Both the position numbers and the translations under genes were made by a program. A DNA stretch of 52,593 nt, the filler included, from Jimgerdemannia flammicorona (taxonomy: Eukaryota): assembly GCA_003990765.1 (NCBI GenBank). It is 2 parts of 2 records of this genome, joined end to end, with 100 filler letters (N's around TTAATTAATTAA, not from the genome) between each part and the next. Parts side by side here need not be neighbours in the genome. Positions count along the whole stretch, not along the records: positions 26,348 to 52,593 come from RBNJ01000747.1; 1 more part is not named here. One strand, 5' to 3'. The notes below the pieces were generated by a model. It saw only the letters and a program-made list of their open reading frames with translations. It did not search any database and had not been told where the DNA came from. The stretch's first letter is position 1. Every line of letters starts with the position of its first letter. Shown here piece by piece: positions 37,001 through 51,327 of the stretch.

Positions 37001-37715
37001 TTTATGGCCTAGCAGTTGGCAAGGAGTTGGAATTGGAGAAGAGTGGAACTAGCATAGTGTTTGGACCTAGAGTGCCACAATGTATCAGTAGATATCGCTG
37101 AAGTATTGGGTGGTCTGGTGGCATATACTGAGGAGGAATGTAATGCTCAACTTTTGCTCAGGGCACCTTATCATAGGGGGTTGCTTTGACTGTGAGGAGT
37201 GCCTGAATGTAGGGCAGGAAGGGGAATTTGTACAGATGCCAGAACATTGGCTAGGAGAGTATGAGGTGTTGAGAGACTTTTGGAGGACTATTGGGGACTA
37301 CTTGGGGATGAGGTATAGGGGAGGTGAAGTACAGAGGAGGTGGGAGGACTTGAGGGATCAATTGGTAGGGGGGGTAGGAAAAGAATGGCTTATCTTGGGC
37401 TGGGCATTGGCCATTTGGGTGGGGCTGACCAGTCACTGGCTATTTGTTTTTGAGGAAGAGAGGAGACAAGACTTGGAGAGCTGGTTATTGTAGTAGCAGA
37501 GTCTTATAGAAGATACCTTGATATGCTGGTGGCTTAGTTGGAGGCTGCAGAGTGGGCAGAGGTACCACTTGGTGGAGAAAATCTGTGGACAGAGTGGCAG
37601 GAGAGTTGGAGTCATTGGTGAGAGGGTGATCTTTATTCAGGAAGAGGTGGAGGGGCTCCTCTATGGGGATTGGGTAGTGGGTGGCATTAATGTATACTTA
37701 TTTATAGATTGGTAA
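34020..37715 (+). pseudogene. LINE ORF2 (APE endonuclease + RT)
   Basis: FSLNMNGL, DLFLLQD, GGDFN, SDH; RT APGEDG, LDQKKAYD, GVPQGDPLSP, AFAD; C-terminal CxxC...EHW. Confidence 0.93.
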
Positions 37716-37920
37716 TAAAGATGAAGTCTGAGTGACTATAAAGAAAAAAAAAAAAAAAAAAAAAATAACTAAATTGAATTATTACTATAATATTATAATA
37801 TAGTAAATATATACTAGTAGAAGTATAGCAGATTTCTTTATATTGAATACTTAATTTTCTTTAACTTCTCAGAGTTCTTAGATTTAAGAGTAAATGAGTT
37901 CAATATATATATATATATAT

Positions 37921-40900
37921 TTTTATAGTCACTTGGACTTTGCTATTTATTATTAGTCTATTGATATAATTATAGTATTTCCTCCCACTACCCAATTCCC
38001 ATAGAGGAGCCTCTCCCCATGTCTTTACATATGAAGACCACTTTACCACTCACTACCCCAACCCTCCCCCCACTCTGTCCACATATTTTCTCTACCAAGC
38101 GATGCCTCTGGCCACTCTGCAAACTCCAATCAAGTCACTATCCTGTCATAATGTCCTCTATTAGCTCTTGCCATCTCAACAGCTATACCCCCAAACCCAT
38201 ACTTCTCTCTTTCTTGAAAACAAACAACCAGTGACCTGCCAGCCCTACCCAAACTGCCAATATCCAATCTAATATAAGCCACTCCTTACTCACCCCTCCC
38301 ACCAATCTATTTCTCAAATCCTCTCACCAACTCCATACACTATCCCCCCTATGTACAATACCCAGTTGATCCCCAACTACTAATCAAAAGTCACTAAGTA
38401 TCTCATACTCTCCTAACCAATGTTCTGGTATCTATAAAAATTCTCCTTCCTATCCTATATTGTAGTACTCCTCACAGTTGAATCTACCTCCCTCAACAAG
38501 ATGACCCAAGTAGAAGTTGAGCAAAATATTCCTCTGCAGTATGCACCACCAAACCACTCAATACTTTGGCAATATCTACTATCTTATCTCAGCACTCCAG
38601 GTCCAAACTCTGTTCTAGTCCCACTCCTCTCCAATACTCACCAGCTATTATCTACTGGGCCATAGATCCTGTCCCAGCCCCTCTGGCACTTGATCCCATC
38701 ATTAATATCAAAATCAACAAGAGAAATGCCTCTCAACAGCACTCTGTTCCATCTCTACATCACTGGGTTCTAGTGCTCCTCCCCTTCATTTTTTACCAGC
38801 AAATTCCAATATAATGTACCCCATCTACTACTCCCTACCAGAAGTCTTTATACTGCATGTATCTATTGTTCCAAAGCCTAATGAAGGCCAGTAAATCTCC
38901 TATAGAGCCTCTTGGTGAGAACCTTATCTCCCAGACCTTCTGTATCAGGAGAACCTAGCTACTTTCTTCCAACTTCACCACTATCTTCAGCCACTATGCT
39001 CTCAGGCAGTACAGCCTCTTCAGAAAGTCAACCAGCCTAAGGCCCTCTCTAGCCACCAGTAAGAACAGAACCTCCCAGCTAATCTAACTCCTTCTCTTAG
39101 CCCAGATCCTGCTCTTGGCCAGTTTCATCAGTCTCTTTATCACTCAGGCTAAGAAGTCTAGGTGATAGACCAAATACCACAGCTTTGGCAGCCAATAGAT
39201 ATTCAAAATCGAAACATGCTCTGCCAGAGACAAGTGATGTCCTCTCCAACTCTGCAGGGCCTCTCCCCAGATTACAACCCTCTGCTCCCACCAGAGTCTT
39301 GGTAGGACTGACTCATATACTAACAGATAGATGCCCAAGTACTACACCACCTTCTCTATAGAGACAATTGTTCCAATAATATCCCCTCCTACTAGACCAT
39401 TGCTTAATACTATCATTTCACACTTGTGCCAATTGAGCTTAGCCCCAGAGTATACCTCATACTACTCCACTGTCTCCTTGAGTTTCTCAACATTAGCAAT
39501 CGATCTCAGGTCAACTACTATGTTATCTGCAAAGGCTTCAACTTTCCATCCAATTCCAAAAACAGATAGCCTGACTATCCTCTGCCTAATCCTATCCATC
39601 AAAGGCTCTAATAAAAGGGCATACAGAATGGGGGACAGTGGATCCCCCTAGGGCATGCCTCTATTTAGAAGAAATACTACCCCTCTATGTCTATTGTATA
39701 TAAGTACAGCCCTACTCCCTTCCAGTAGGCTGACTATTGCTGACTGAAACTGGTGTAGTATACCAATCTTATCCAATACCTTTACCAACCAGATCTGCCA
39801 AACCCAGTCATATATCTTCTCCTGATCCAGGAAGACCAGGTGCCCATTCAGTTCACAGACTCATGCTCCTTTAATAACTCTATATACCCAAGCTGTACTA
39901 TCTCTAATGAGCTGGCCTCCTACAAAGCCCCACTGCTCCACCCCCAAGACTTACTGGGCCACCTTCTGCAGCCTTACTACTACTACCTTAGTAACCAACT
40001 TTCTGTCTATGTCCAGTAGCATGATCAGCTGTCAGTTTTTCCAGTCCTTCCTCCTTCTCTTGTTCTTATAAAGCAGTATCACCAACCCCAGATCCTGCTC
40101 CCCCACCCATCTTCCTGACTATAGTATTAAGTCACACAGTGCCCTCAGCTCTTCTAATACTCCAGAGACTCCTACCATCTTCTTCCAGAAGTCCCAGGGC
40201 AGCCCATCCTCCCCTGGTACCATGCTCAGTATAGTTACAGTAAGAACCTGGCAGATCTCCTCTTCCTGTACTGGTATCACTAGCCCCCCCAGCCCTTCTG
40301 CTTGTAGTAGGTACCAATCCTCTAAAGTAAGATCAATGGTAGTGGCATCTACCCCATCCTCCTCCTCACTCCATAATCCATTCTATCTCTCTTTTAATAA
40401 TCTGAGAATATCTTGTATACTATACACTAGCAGACTATTAGAGTTCAGTATCTCCTCCCACCTCTGCTTTACTCTTCTTGCCCAAAGGGCTCTTGTGAGA
40501 AACTTAGAAGGCCTTTCCCCTTCCTCTATCTTCTGCCAACATAACTATGCTGCCAAACTCTGCACCTGTACCTCCTCTGCTTCCCACAACATCTGTTATA
40601 GTTCCCCCACCTCTATTCTCATCTGTATTAAATACCAGTCCTCCTCTCCCTCTTATGCCACCAAACTTACCCAATCTTCCAGAAGCCTAGCTAGTCTAGC
40701 AGAAGCCATCTTACCCTTCTCCTTCTCTTTCTTCCAGCCACCTTGCCAGTCTCACTCTAGCAGCCTCCTTTATCCTCATCTACTGGACACTAATTGGGGT
40801 ACCTTCCTGTATTCAGCCCTCCACTATCTGCTAAATATCCTCAGCCCACTTATCCCACAGTATCTTGTTATCTAATAAGGAGGAATTGAGGTACCAATGT

Positions 40901-43761
40901 CCAGGCCCATCCCCACTCCCCCCAAAGTGCCCCTGCTCTAGCAGCCCCCAATGATCTGACCATGGACACCACTCTGCCTCCAGCAACTTCCAAATATCCA
41001 AACCCTAGTAGTTCACCATCAGAATCCAATCAATCCTTATCTCCAGGCCACCTGTCTAATATATGTATGTACACTCTCCTATCCCTCCAGAACTCCCTGC
41101 CAGCATCCACTAGAGCACTTATCCTTTTCATGTCCTTCTATGCCTCCAGCTCTCCACTCCTACCCTCAGCCCCTCACCCTCCATCAGTTCTATCCACCAG
41201 TACATCTCTGACCATATTAAAGTCCCCACCAAGTATATCCACTCCAGCCTCTGTAAGGGCCCCACTCTCCTAGAGGCCCTTCACCCAATCTATGTACTCT
41301 CTCTATATAGTAGAGCAGTAGTAGAAACCCACTATAACTGGCTCTCAATCTGGTCATATCTACTCTCCCCAAACCAGCCTATCTCTTCAGCTCCTTATAT
41401 TGCATAGCTTCCCTCTATCTCTCCAAACCAGAATCCCAACCTTGCCCTTCTAAACTGCCTCACCTCTCCATTTCTTCATCCATTTCATCCTATCTAAATT
41501 ATCCTCACATCTGATATCCTACAAAAGAAAGAGATCAGCCTCCAATCCCTTCAGCCAAGTAAAAATATTCCTATGCTGAGAGGAATCCTGTAGCCCATTC
41601 ATGTTTAAGGAAAAAATATTGGTTGTACTATTCATAAGGAAGATTGTATGATATCAGATATATCCTCTACTACTCTATGTTCAATGCCTTCTGTGCTATA
41701 TCCTGATTGTATTCAGTAGATACCTCCTCCTCTTCAGCTCTCTTGGCCTCTAATCCAACCAGTAACTCAGCCATCTCCCTATCCTCCTTTTTCTCAAATT
41801 CTTCATAGTACTCCAGGCAGACCTCCTGCCAGAGCTGCAATCTATGATGCTTAGTCCAACAGTAGTTGGCCCATTCTCCAGCAACTACAGCCAGCTTGGC
41901 CTCTCTCTCCTTATCCACCTCATACTCTTCCTTCTCCAAGTATACTGTAAGTATTTCTGCCTTCAATGCTACCACCACTCCATCACTCTGCAAGATCTAT
42001 ACTCAATGCTCATCACTTATCACTCTAAGGTCCACTTCCCCCAACTCTTTAGCCACCAAGTTGTTCATCATCTGGTACACCCAAAGAAGGTTCCTTACCT
42101 CCTTCCTCCCTAGAGTCACTGGCCTTCCCCTATCCAGTATTGTGGTATCAGCTCCTGCACTTGCAGACTTATCCCACTTCTCCACCAATTCCTCTTCAGT
42201 GGCTACCACTACCAGTCCCCCCTTCACTACATCAGGAACTCCAAAGTAGACTTGCTGGGCATTATACATTAGTACATCCTCTGCCACCTGGCCTCTTACA
42301 GCTGGTCTTTGCCTTACAAGAGGGGGAGATATATCCTCCCAGACTTCAAAAGTACCATCCTCATATGGGTCCTTACTCAGTATCTTCTTGGCCCCCTCCT
42401 GACCCACCTTCTTATTCCCTCTACTTCCACTGGCTCAGATACTCACCTTGGCTCTATCAGTATCATCACTACTACCAGCATTCCTCTTTACCTCATTCTC
42501 AATTTTCTCCAGCAATTCCCTCTGCCTCCTATATCCTAGGAATCTCTCACACAGCTCCTTATTGATGCAGACCTGCTTTTCATCAATAATCTCCAGATAC
42601 ATCAACTCCACAAATACCTTCCAAGCCTTCACCCTCTGCTCCACCATACTGCTCAACTCCTCCAGCACCTCCACCAAGTTCTCTTTCTCCTCCTCACTCC
42701 ACTTCACTCTTGTTACCTTGCACAAGAAAGCCCCCCAAACTATTACTGAGAGCCAGTCTCTACCCTTCCCTGTAGCCTCCTTCTCTATCAGTTGAATTCT
42801 AATATCAACATCCCCAGTCCTGAATGAGATCTCCTCCCAGACCTGGAATCCTACATCAACTACCTCTCCATACTCAGCCATAACCTCCTCCACTCTTCTC
42901 CTTATCTCCATAGCAGTCACTATGGATACTCTTTTCACCAGAAGTTATACCACCCTGGGGTCTCACCTCAAGCACTGTACTATTAGAACACATACCTCCC
43001 TAGTAATCAATCTAGCCTTCAGTGCAGCTTCCAATAGCTCAGCCTTCTCAAAGCCCACCTCTATCCCTTTTAAGCCCTTCAGGAACTTCACTGATACTAC
43101 TCTCACTACCTGCTTCACAATCAGCTCTAGGACCATTTTCACCATCACTATGAGATCTTGGAAGTACAGAGTGACTGTGAACTCTGAGATTAACTTCCTG
43201 AGTAATAGTGCCACTACCAGTCCTGTTACACCATCTGCTAGGTCACTAGGCCTCATACTATTCTCACCACTCAGTTCACCATCAGTAGTCTTATCTAGAT
43301 TTTTTTCCAGATCTCCCATTATACTTCTATCAGCAGTTATACCTCAGATACTACACTACTAGCCCCCCTACTCTGGCCCTCCAGTAAGGCACTCCTGACT
43401 GCTGCTACCCTGTATTCTTCACCATCTCCTTGCCCTTCCTCAGCCAGCTCTCCAGTTCAGTTGCTGTCTACCTCTCCTTCACTATACATATCTACAAAGC
43501 TTGCTCTCCTACTCTCCTGCCCTCTAATATTACTCTCTCTCCTTCTCTGTCTATCTGCCAGCAAGCCTCTTATGCTTCCCCCCAAGCCAGAGCCTCTCTT
43601 TACATATTGCTAGTCAAATATACTTGAGTCTCCCTGCCTAGTATACACCTTAGAATACTTATCAGTCACTATGTTTTTAGTATCTTTTCTCCAAAAACTA
43701 TGTTATAAGAGTTGCCAAAAGATTTTGTAACCTGAATGTTACTGGAGAAAGATGTAAGTTC
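37921..43761 (-). mobile_element. Full-length LINE of the same family (copy 2), inverted
   Basis: Reverse complement colinear with copy 1 from 5' UTR to 3' end; ORF1 ~41670-43672, ORF2 ~37950-41635; tail runs into (TA)n. Confidence 0.93.
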
Positions 43762-43836
43762 AAAATATATCTTATTAGTTCCTTGTCTCTTTGCTTGAAC
43801 TATTTTGATCTGAGATTTATTTATCCCAAATACTAA

Positions 43837-44230
43837 TAGTACTCTCAAATAAATTGAATTAATTCAAATTAAATCAAATTGAGAGTTATTTGAATTGAAT
43901 AAAATTGGAGATTTTTGAATCAAATTGAGGCCTAATTCAATTTGATTGAATTGAATTAGAGTCCAATTTGATTTAAAATATTTATCCCAAATTCAAAATA
44001 TAATAACTCAATAGAAATATATCCAAATTTAATATTATTTATTATATTAGATTCTCTATCATAAGATATATTAAATAAGCTAAAATTTATTAAATTTAAA
44101 TATATTTTGATCAAGTTATTAAATTTTGAAAAACTAGAATTGAATTAGACTTCAAATTGAATTGAACCTTGATTCAATTTGAATCAAATTAGGGGTAAAT
44201 TCAATTTAATTTAATTTATTCGAAGTACTA
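43837..44230. mobile_element. MITE / non-autonomous TIR element
   Basis: Inverted termini TAGTACTCTCAAATAAATTGAATT vs rc TAGTACTTCGAATAAATTAAATT; subterminal GAATT/AATTC arrays at both ends. Confidence 0.65.
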
Positions 44231-44554
44231 GATATAAGAGATATTATATAAGTTTACTAGCTATATGATAGCTAAGTTAAGACTTATTTTTCTGTGAGTT
44301 ATTTTATACAGTTGAGAGATTTATATATCTGAGAGATTCATATAGTTGTATTTTTTATATAATTATACTAATTGTATAAGAGATCAAGTAACTGTTATAC
44401 TATAATACTATACTATATTGGGAATCAAATTCAGATATCATAATTAAATATCTATCCTCTGATAATTATTTCTAATTCAAATCAATCATTACAACTTCCT
44501 CCTGAGTAAGTAATTTTACTTCTGAATTATCTTATTTAAACTCTCATACTTTGA

Positions 44555-44589
<35 letters not shown>

Positions 44590-44594
<5 letters not shown>

Positions 44595-45882
44595 TTATAG
44601 TCACTTGAACTTCTACTTTATTATCAAACTATCTATGATATACTAATATAATGAGCCCCTTACTCAATTCTACTTAGAAACTCTCTCTCTCCTATACCAT
44701 TCTCTTGAAACTCTGCCAACGCCTCTGCCACCCCAATTCTCCCCCCACTCTTTCTATAGATTATCTCTACTAATCACCTCCAATATCTCTCACCAGTACC
44801 CCTCTCCCTCTATCACCCATTCAACATATCTATCATCAGTTACTTTTATCTAGTCACTTTTATCCATAATATGTATCAACTATTAATCCTCCTTAAATAT
44901 ATATAGCCAATGTCCTGCAAGCCCAACCCAAATTACCAGCACTCATCCTAATATCAACCACTCATCTTCCAACCCCCCCACCAACCTCCTCCAGAGATCA
45001 CCCCACCTCCCTCCCACTACCAACCCTGATAGGTATACCCCTAACTATACCTTAATCTCTCTCCAAAAGTCACCCATCACTTCACACTTCTAGCCAATGT
45101 TCAGAAGTCTGTACTACTCCTCTCTCCTGCCTAATATTTAGATACTCCTCATACTTCTGAGTACCTTCTTCTATCAAGTGACTGGTCTGGTAGTTCAATA
45201 TTACATTATACTATAGAATTCTCTACCATGCTATCTAGAACTTAGAGGAGATCTATCTCACTACCTGCTTGCCCTATAGCTAAATACTATTCCAGTCCTA
45301 CTTCTCTCCAATCTCTACCTCCTGCTATACCTCAGACCACAGATCTCTTCCATATTCTCAAAGGTACTTCATGCTATCCTCCAAGCAGAAGTCATTCACT
45401 GGTATCCCACCTAACAGAAGGCAGTTCTACCTCTATATCTGGAGTTTCTATTTCTCCTCTCTCTTATCACTCTACTATTAGAGACCAATATGGTGTGCCC
45501 CATCAACTACCTCTCACCAGAATCCCCTATAATGTATCCTCTAACTCTTCTTTAAAGCTACTAGAGATAGAAGATTCCCAGTTGTATCACAGAGAGAACT
45601 GGGCCTTCCACACTCTCTATATGAGGGGAACCCACTCTCTATCCCTCAACTCACTTGCTTACTTCAGCCACCATGCCCTCAAGCAGTGAAGATACTTGAA
45701 AAAATTCACCAGACCCAGACCTCCCCAGTCCACTGGCCAGGTCAACACTCTCTAACCAATCTGACTCTATTGCTCTACCTATATCCAGGTTCTGGCTATC
45801 TTCAATAATCTTCTGACCACTTATACCAGAAAGTTCAAGTGGTACTCCAGATACCACAGCTTAGGCAATCAGTATACATTCT
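44590..45882 (-). mobile_element. 5'-truncated LINE, related subfamily (copy 3)
   Basis: Same 3' terminus (TATAGTCACTTG..CTT...TTTATT) next to (TA)n; NVY*LPKLWYL, GGLGLVNF ORF2 C-terminal motifs. Confidence 0.85.
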
Positions 45883-46130
45883 GGCTATATAGTATAAAGA
45901 GGTTGATAGAAACAATATTATATATATATCAAACAAAAGCATTAGTTGTATTATAAATACATCTTCTTTTTTAATTTCTTATCTGTAATAATTACAAATA
46001 ATATCATCTCCAGTCTTAGCACAATATTGTCAGATTTCAGAATGATAATTATATGGAAAGTATAGAACTATTGAGAATGTTTAACTTGAAGTATTATTAG
46101 TATAATGAACCATTGAAAACTAATCTGTCA

Positions 46131-46212
46131 ATATATATATTTGTATATTTGTATGTATATTTGTATATTTATATATATATATTTGCATATATATATATGT
46201 TTGCATATATAT
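46131..46212. repeat. Compound (TA)n / ATATTTGT microsatellite
   Basis: Directly visible; sits at the truncation point of copy A3. Confidence 0.85.
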
Positions 46213-49200
46213 ACTATTGGAGAAAACTTTTATCTAAAAGAATAACTTCTCAAGATCCTATACCAAAATGACAGAGTACTTGCCACAGATTTCAGAGATA
46301 TCCACAACCAAGAACCTAAGTACTACTATAAAGTTGACATCAGTGATATCAAGCCCATCTACCAGAAAGCCAGACCTATACTATCTGCCTATAGAGAATG
46401 GCTGTAAGCAGAACTCAAGAAAATAAAAGAAGCCAGTATCATCAAGTAAGCTATTAGCCCCTGGGCTTTATCTATTGTTCTCATCCCCCCTCAAAAAAGT
46501 AAGTCTGGAGAGTTTGCTCCAAGACTCTATATCAATTACAGAAAGCTCAATGCAATCACCAAGAAGAATAGGCAGTTCTTGCCAAATATTCAAGAAATCC
46601 TTATTACTCTTAGAAGTGAAGCCAAATACTACACTATCTTGGATCTGTTCTCAGACTTCCATCAGATTGGTCTCATTCAAGATACTAGTGAGAAATCAGC
46701 CTTTATTATATCTGATACCACCTACATCTACCTACAAATGCCATTTGGAATATGTAATGCCCCAGTAAGTTTTCAGCAAATGATGAACAGAGTCTTCAGT
46801 AATGAAATTGGAAAATAGCTCTTTGTCTATATTGATGATGTGATCATCTTCAGCAATACTACACAGGAACATATCAACTATATATAGCTAGCTCTCAAGA
46901 AGCTCAAGGAGCATAGTCTCTATATCAAGCCCAAGAAGTACAAGTTTATAGCTTAAGAAATCACCTACCTAGGACACATCATCAACCAGACTGGAATTCA
47001 TATAGACTCCATGAAGATTGAGACTGTTGTAGCCTATCCAAGATCCAGAACAACTATAGAAGTCTATGTCTTCCTTGAACTGGCCTCCTACTATAGAAGA
47101 TTCATCAAAGGATACTCTAACATTACAGCATCTATCTATGAGCTACTGAAGAAGGAGATTAAATTTGAATAGACTAAGGAACATCAAGAAGTCTTCAATG
47201 AACTCAAGACCAGGTTGACTCAAGCACCTATCCTCAGAAGACCATATTGGAATCTAAAGTTTATTCTGCAGACAGATGCAAGTACTATAGAACTTGGAGC
47301 AGTGTTAGTTCAGAAGAAAGATGGACATGAATATGTCATCTCCTATATAAGCTGAGATATCCATAAAGCAGAACAGAACTATAAGTCATATAAGCTTAAA
47401 TACTTAGCAGTAGTCTGGGCAGTAGATAAGTTCCACTACTACCTAGCTAGAAAATACTTCACTATTTAAACAGATCATTCTGCTCTCACCTAGTTATTCC
47501 ACACTATGAACCCTAAAAGAATATATACCAAATAGATCTACAGACTGCAAGAGTATGACTATACTGTCAAATACTACTCAGAAAGAACCAATACCAATAC
47601 TGATATACTTTTAAGGATACTCTGAAATACTTCTATCAAGACTATTCAACATGAATAAAGAACTATATTATGGACTAATCAGCTATCTTGGGTAGCAGAA
47701 GATGCCCAACCACTTCAAACCCTGAACTATCACTATTATCAACCAGACTTGGAAACAATTTAAACTAGATAACACTATACTTAGAAAAGGAGGAAAGCTC
47801 ATTATATTTAAATATGTATAAGAAGTATTAAGTAATAAAGGAAGTATATAAACAAGAACATCTAGAAGGAATTAACATATATAATAAGATAAGAAGAACT
47901 ATGTGGTAGCCTAAAATAGAAGAAGACCTGTGCAAATTTGTCAAAGAGTATGACAAGTGCCAAAAACAGAAATAAGATCAGCAAGACCAGATACCTGGGT
48001 TATCAAGAATCAAACCTATCCTCTTCTACTATATCACAATGGATATTATTAGACCACTACCAGTAACTCTATTAGGAAACTACTATATCATAGTTATTGT
48101 AGATCTCTTTACCAAATAGATAGAAGCAGGAGTATTACAAGAAGCCAATTCTCTCTCTATTGCTGACTTTCTGTACTGAGAAATCATATGCTACTATAAG
48201 ACACCAAGAAAAATCACTACAGACTATAGTACAGAATTTGTCAACAGATTCTATGAGATAATATATCAGAAATATAAGATTCAGCATATCAAGACTACTG
48301 TGTATCACCCTCAAGAAAATGGATAGACAGAAAGAACCAACAAGACTCTCAATAACATTCTGGACAAGATCTTAGATATATATGAGAATTGGAAAACTAT
48401 CTCTCAACTACCCTCTCTATCTTACAAGACATATAGTTACAGAGTACACACTTTACCCCAAGAGAACTACTCTTTGGAGAAGAAAATTCTAATAGAACCT
48501 CAGCTACAAATCTAGACCTAACTTGGCAACAGATTGACTCAGAAATCTGGAGACTATATCAGATCAGAAAGAAGGCAGAAGATTACATTATTAAGTCACA
48601 AGTGCTAACAAGAAAGAATATAGAAAAGAATTACAAGACCCTAGAACTCATTCAATCAGAGAAAAGATTCTACTATATCAAAATATGATAGAAGTTTTAT
48701 AGTCATGAAAACTGAAACCCAAATAAGAAGGACTCTTCTATATGCAAGATATTCAGGGAACTACCTTCTGACTTAGAAAATTCTCAGAGACTATACTACC
48801 TACTATAATACACAGAAACAGACTCAAGAAGTACTATAAACCTATACAAGAGAAGCAAAATGTGATGACTACCCATGAGGTTCTAGTCCACAAATCATAA
48901 CAGTATGTCTCATGACCAGCAGACAATCTGTCTGGACCATTCTCTAAGAGATACAGTACTAACAACTACTCATCTATAAGACTTTTGAAGTCAGAGAAGT
49001 TTGAACCATCAACTGATTGGTCAAGATCAGAATCAGGCTCTTGCTCTATATAAAGAAAACAATTCTTCACCATCATATCAAAATATATAAAGAAGATGCT
49101 AACCCATAAATACTACTTTTCAATCCCCTGCTAGAGGTTATGGAATTAGCAAATTTTTCAGACTAGATTAATGAATAAGGATGTTCAAGAGAAGATTCTT

Positions 49201-50876
49201 ATTCAGGAGAAAGATATAATAGTGATCTCAGAATAGTGATATCATTACAGAAGACAGTCTTTCCTTATAAGCCACCATATTGGAGCATAAGAAGATTATA
49301 TGGCATAACTCACTCAGGCTATAAGATGAGCAATGATGACCAATCATAAGTTATCATAATTATTAGATAGATATCTCAAAGAATATAAAAGAAGGACTAA
49401 GGAATCACAGTAGCAGCAACTCAAACAAGACTTATAAAATCTCAAAATATTCAAAGACTCACTATAAACAAAATGTCTACTGTCTGTCAAACCTCAAGGT
49501 CTAGGAACCATCAAGGCTTCTCAGTTCAAGAAAGAATATTCCAAGATATCAGGAGAGCCATAAGGACCTATACTAAAAGGACTTCTAGCCTTAACTTAGA
49601 TACTAGTGATCCTTACTACTTTATCCTCTACTGCCATAAAATGGAAACAAGGATCACTATCACTATCAAATACCTCTAGATGTAGTAGAAATATAAAATA
49701 GGAAATCTCCTCTACTGGGAATTCTCTCAGCTAGTCTTTAAGAGATACAAGATACTATCTCTATGAATGTATGTGAATTGAGAGTAGCCAAAAAGATCTA
49801 TCAGATCTTTAGGCATACATCTTGGTCAATTCCTAACTTAGAGTATATCAGAGTCTCAGACTTCAAAGAATTGTCAGTCTGCTGCACAGATGCACTGGAG
49901 GTCATAGTGGCTATAGAAGCCCAATCCACTATCACTCTCAAAAGTAATGAGGTAGAAGAGTTCTGAAATCCCATTCTCTAGGACAATCTGGATCAATTCC
50001 TACAAGAATTAATCTTGATATTCCAAGGCCCCAGTATCTAGATTAGACCTTCTTAAGATCCCACCTTTATCCCCTACTTTGTAGAGGAGAACCTCATAGA
50101 TTGGAGAGCCTCTGATCTCCTTGCTCTCACTACTGCTGAATGTGATGATATTATCAGTGATGACATTATTAGCAATGATGTCATTCTGCTAATTGGTGAT
50201 ATATATATGAAATATGCAAAATACATAAAATGTGTGAAATATGTAAAATATGTAAAATGGATAAAATGTTCACTAACCTCATTTCCTTTGAAGACATCCT
50301 GTCTCTGATCTCTAGTCTTGATGATAGTAATGAAGATGAAGTCTCCAGGATCCTGAACATTCTGCTCTAAGTTCTTTGTGTAACTGTTGAAATTCTTCTG
50401 ATATTCTGATCTTGTATAACTTAGAAATTATTCCAGCATTCTGATCTTATATAACCAATTGTATAAACACTCAAATTTGTACTTACAATCTGAAGTTTTC
50501 TATATTCAAGTACCTTATTTATTTAGTTATTAGAATTTATATTTAGTTTTATAACTTAGCAATCATTGAATTATATTTTATATAAATACCTCTCTTATTT
50601 CTTTTGAAATAAAGTTAGTAGTCAAGTATTCAAACACTCAAACATTTGAGCACCCAACTACTCAAGAAGTACAGAAGTTCCAGTCCTCTACTCAATTCCA
50701 AGCAAGTGAATCTAGGAGACAACAGAATAGTTTAAAGATAAGAAGTTTGAGAACTATAAGATCTTGAGAAGGTTCTCTAATAAGAACTTACTTATAAGAA
50801 ACTTATAGTTGATCTAAGAGATATACCTTGAAGAGAATCTGATATACTTGAAGAACTTAGTGCCTACTACATAATA
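46204..50876 (+). mobile_element. 5'-truncated Ty3/gypsy family A copy 3 (RT-RH-IN + 3' LTR)
   Basis: Colinear with A1 starting just after the dUTPase; YIDD; PPT 49205-49214; LTR 49215-50876. Confidence 0.93.
49473..50370 (+). pseudogene. LTR-encoded accessory protein, copy A3
   Basis: MSTVCQTSRSRNHQG..., VAKKIYQIFRH.., ends ILNILL*; TATAAAA at 49384-49390. Confidence 0.8.
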
Positions 50877-51327
50877 CTATATAGAGTCTAATATATTTTA
50901 AACATAGACTTTATTTAGGATATTCAGTCTAATTTGCTACAGTTATATTGGAGGCTTCTAAGAGAACTAAGTCTTCTACTTTAAAGAGAACTTCTCTTTT
51001 ATATTAATTGACATATTTGACTTATTGCTTCTGAGTCTTCTATAATTCTTTTTATACTAATTATATAATATTTTCAATAGTTACTGCATTATCTTCTGCT
51101 GCAAGTACTATAGATTTTTCTATAGTTGCCAGAGTTCATAGGTATTGACCAGTATTTATAAAAAATATATTATTTGAGTAAATGACTGTTTGGAATTATT
51201 ATAGACAAATTCTGATAATGAGAAGTATTGGTCTCAGTTATCTTATTTGTATCTAGAGAATAGTCTTAATATTTATTTAAGGGTTCTATTAGTTCTTTTT
51301 ATCTAATTATTAGTTTGTAGATGATAT

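Larger units (their letters stand above)
31880..37763 (+). mobile_element. Full-length L1/Tx1-like LINE (copy 1) with 14-bp TSD
   Basis: TSD AATAACTAAATTGA at 31866-31879 and 37764-37777; ORF1, ORF2, AATAAA 37714-37719, poly(A). Confidence 0.95.

Noticed and set aside
32474..43362. Many Ser/Pro/Thr-rich ORFs antisense to LINE ORFs
   Set aside because: Shadow frames of strongly G-rich LINE coding strands.
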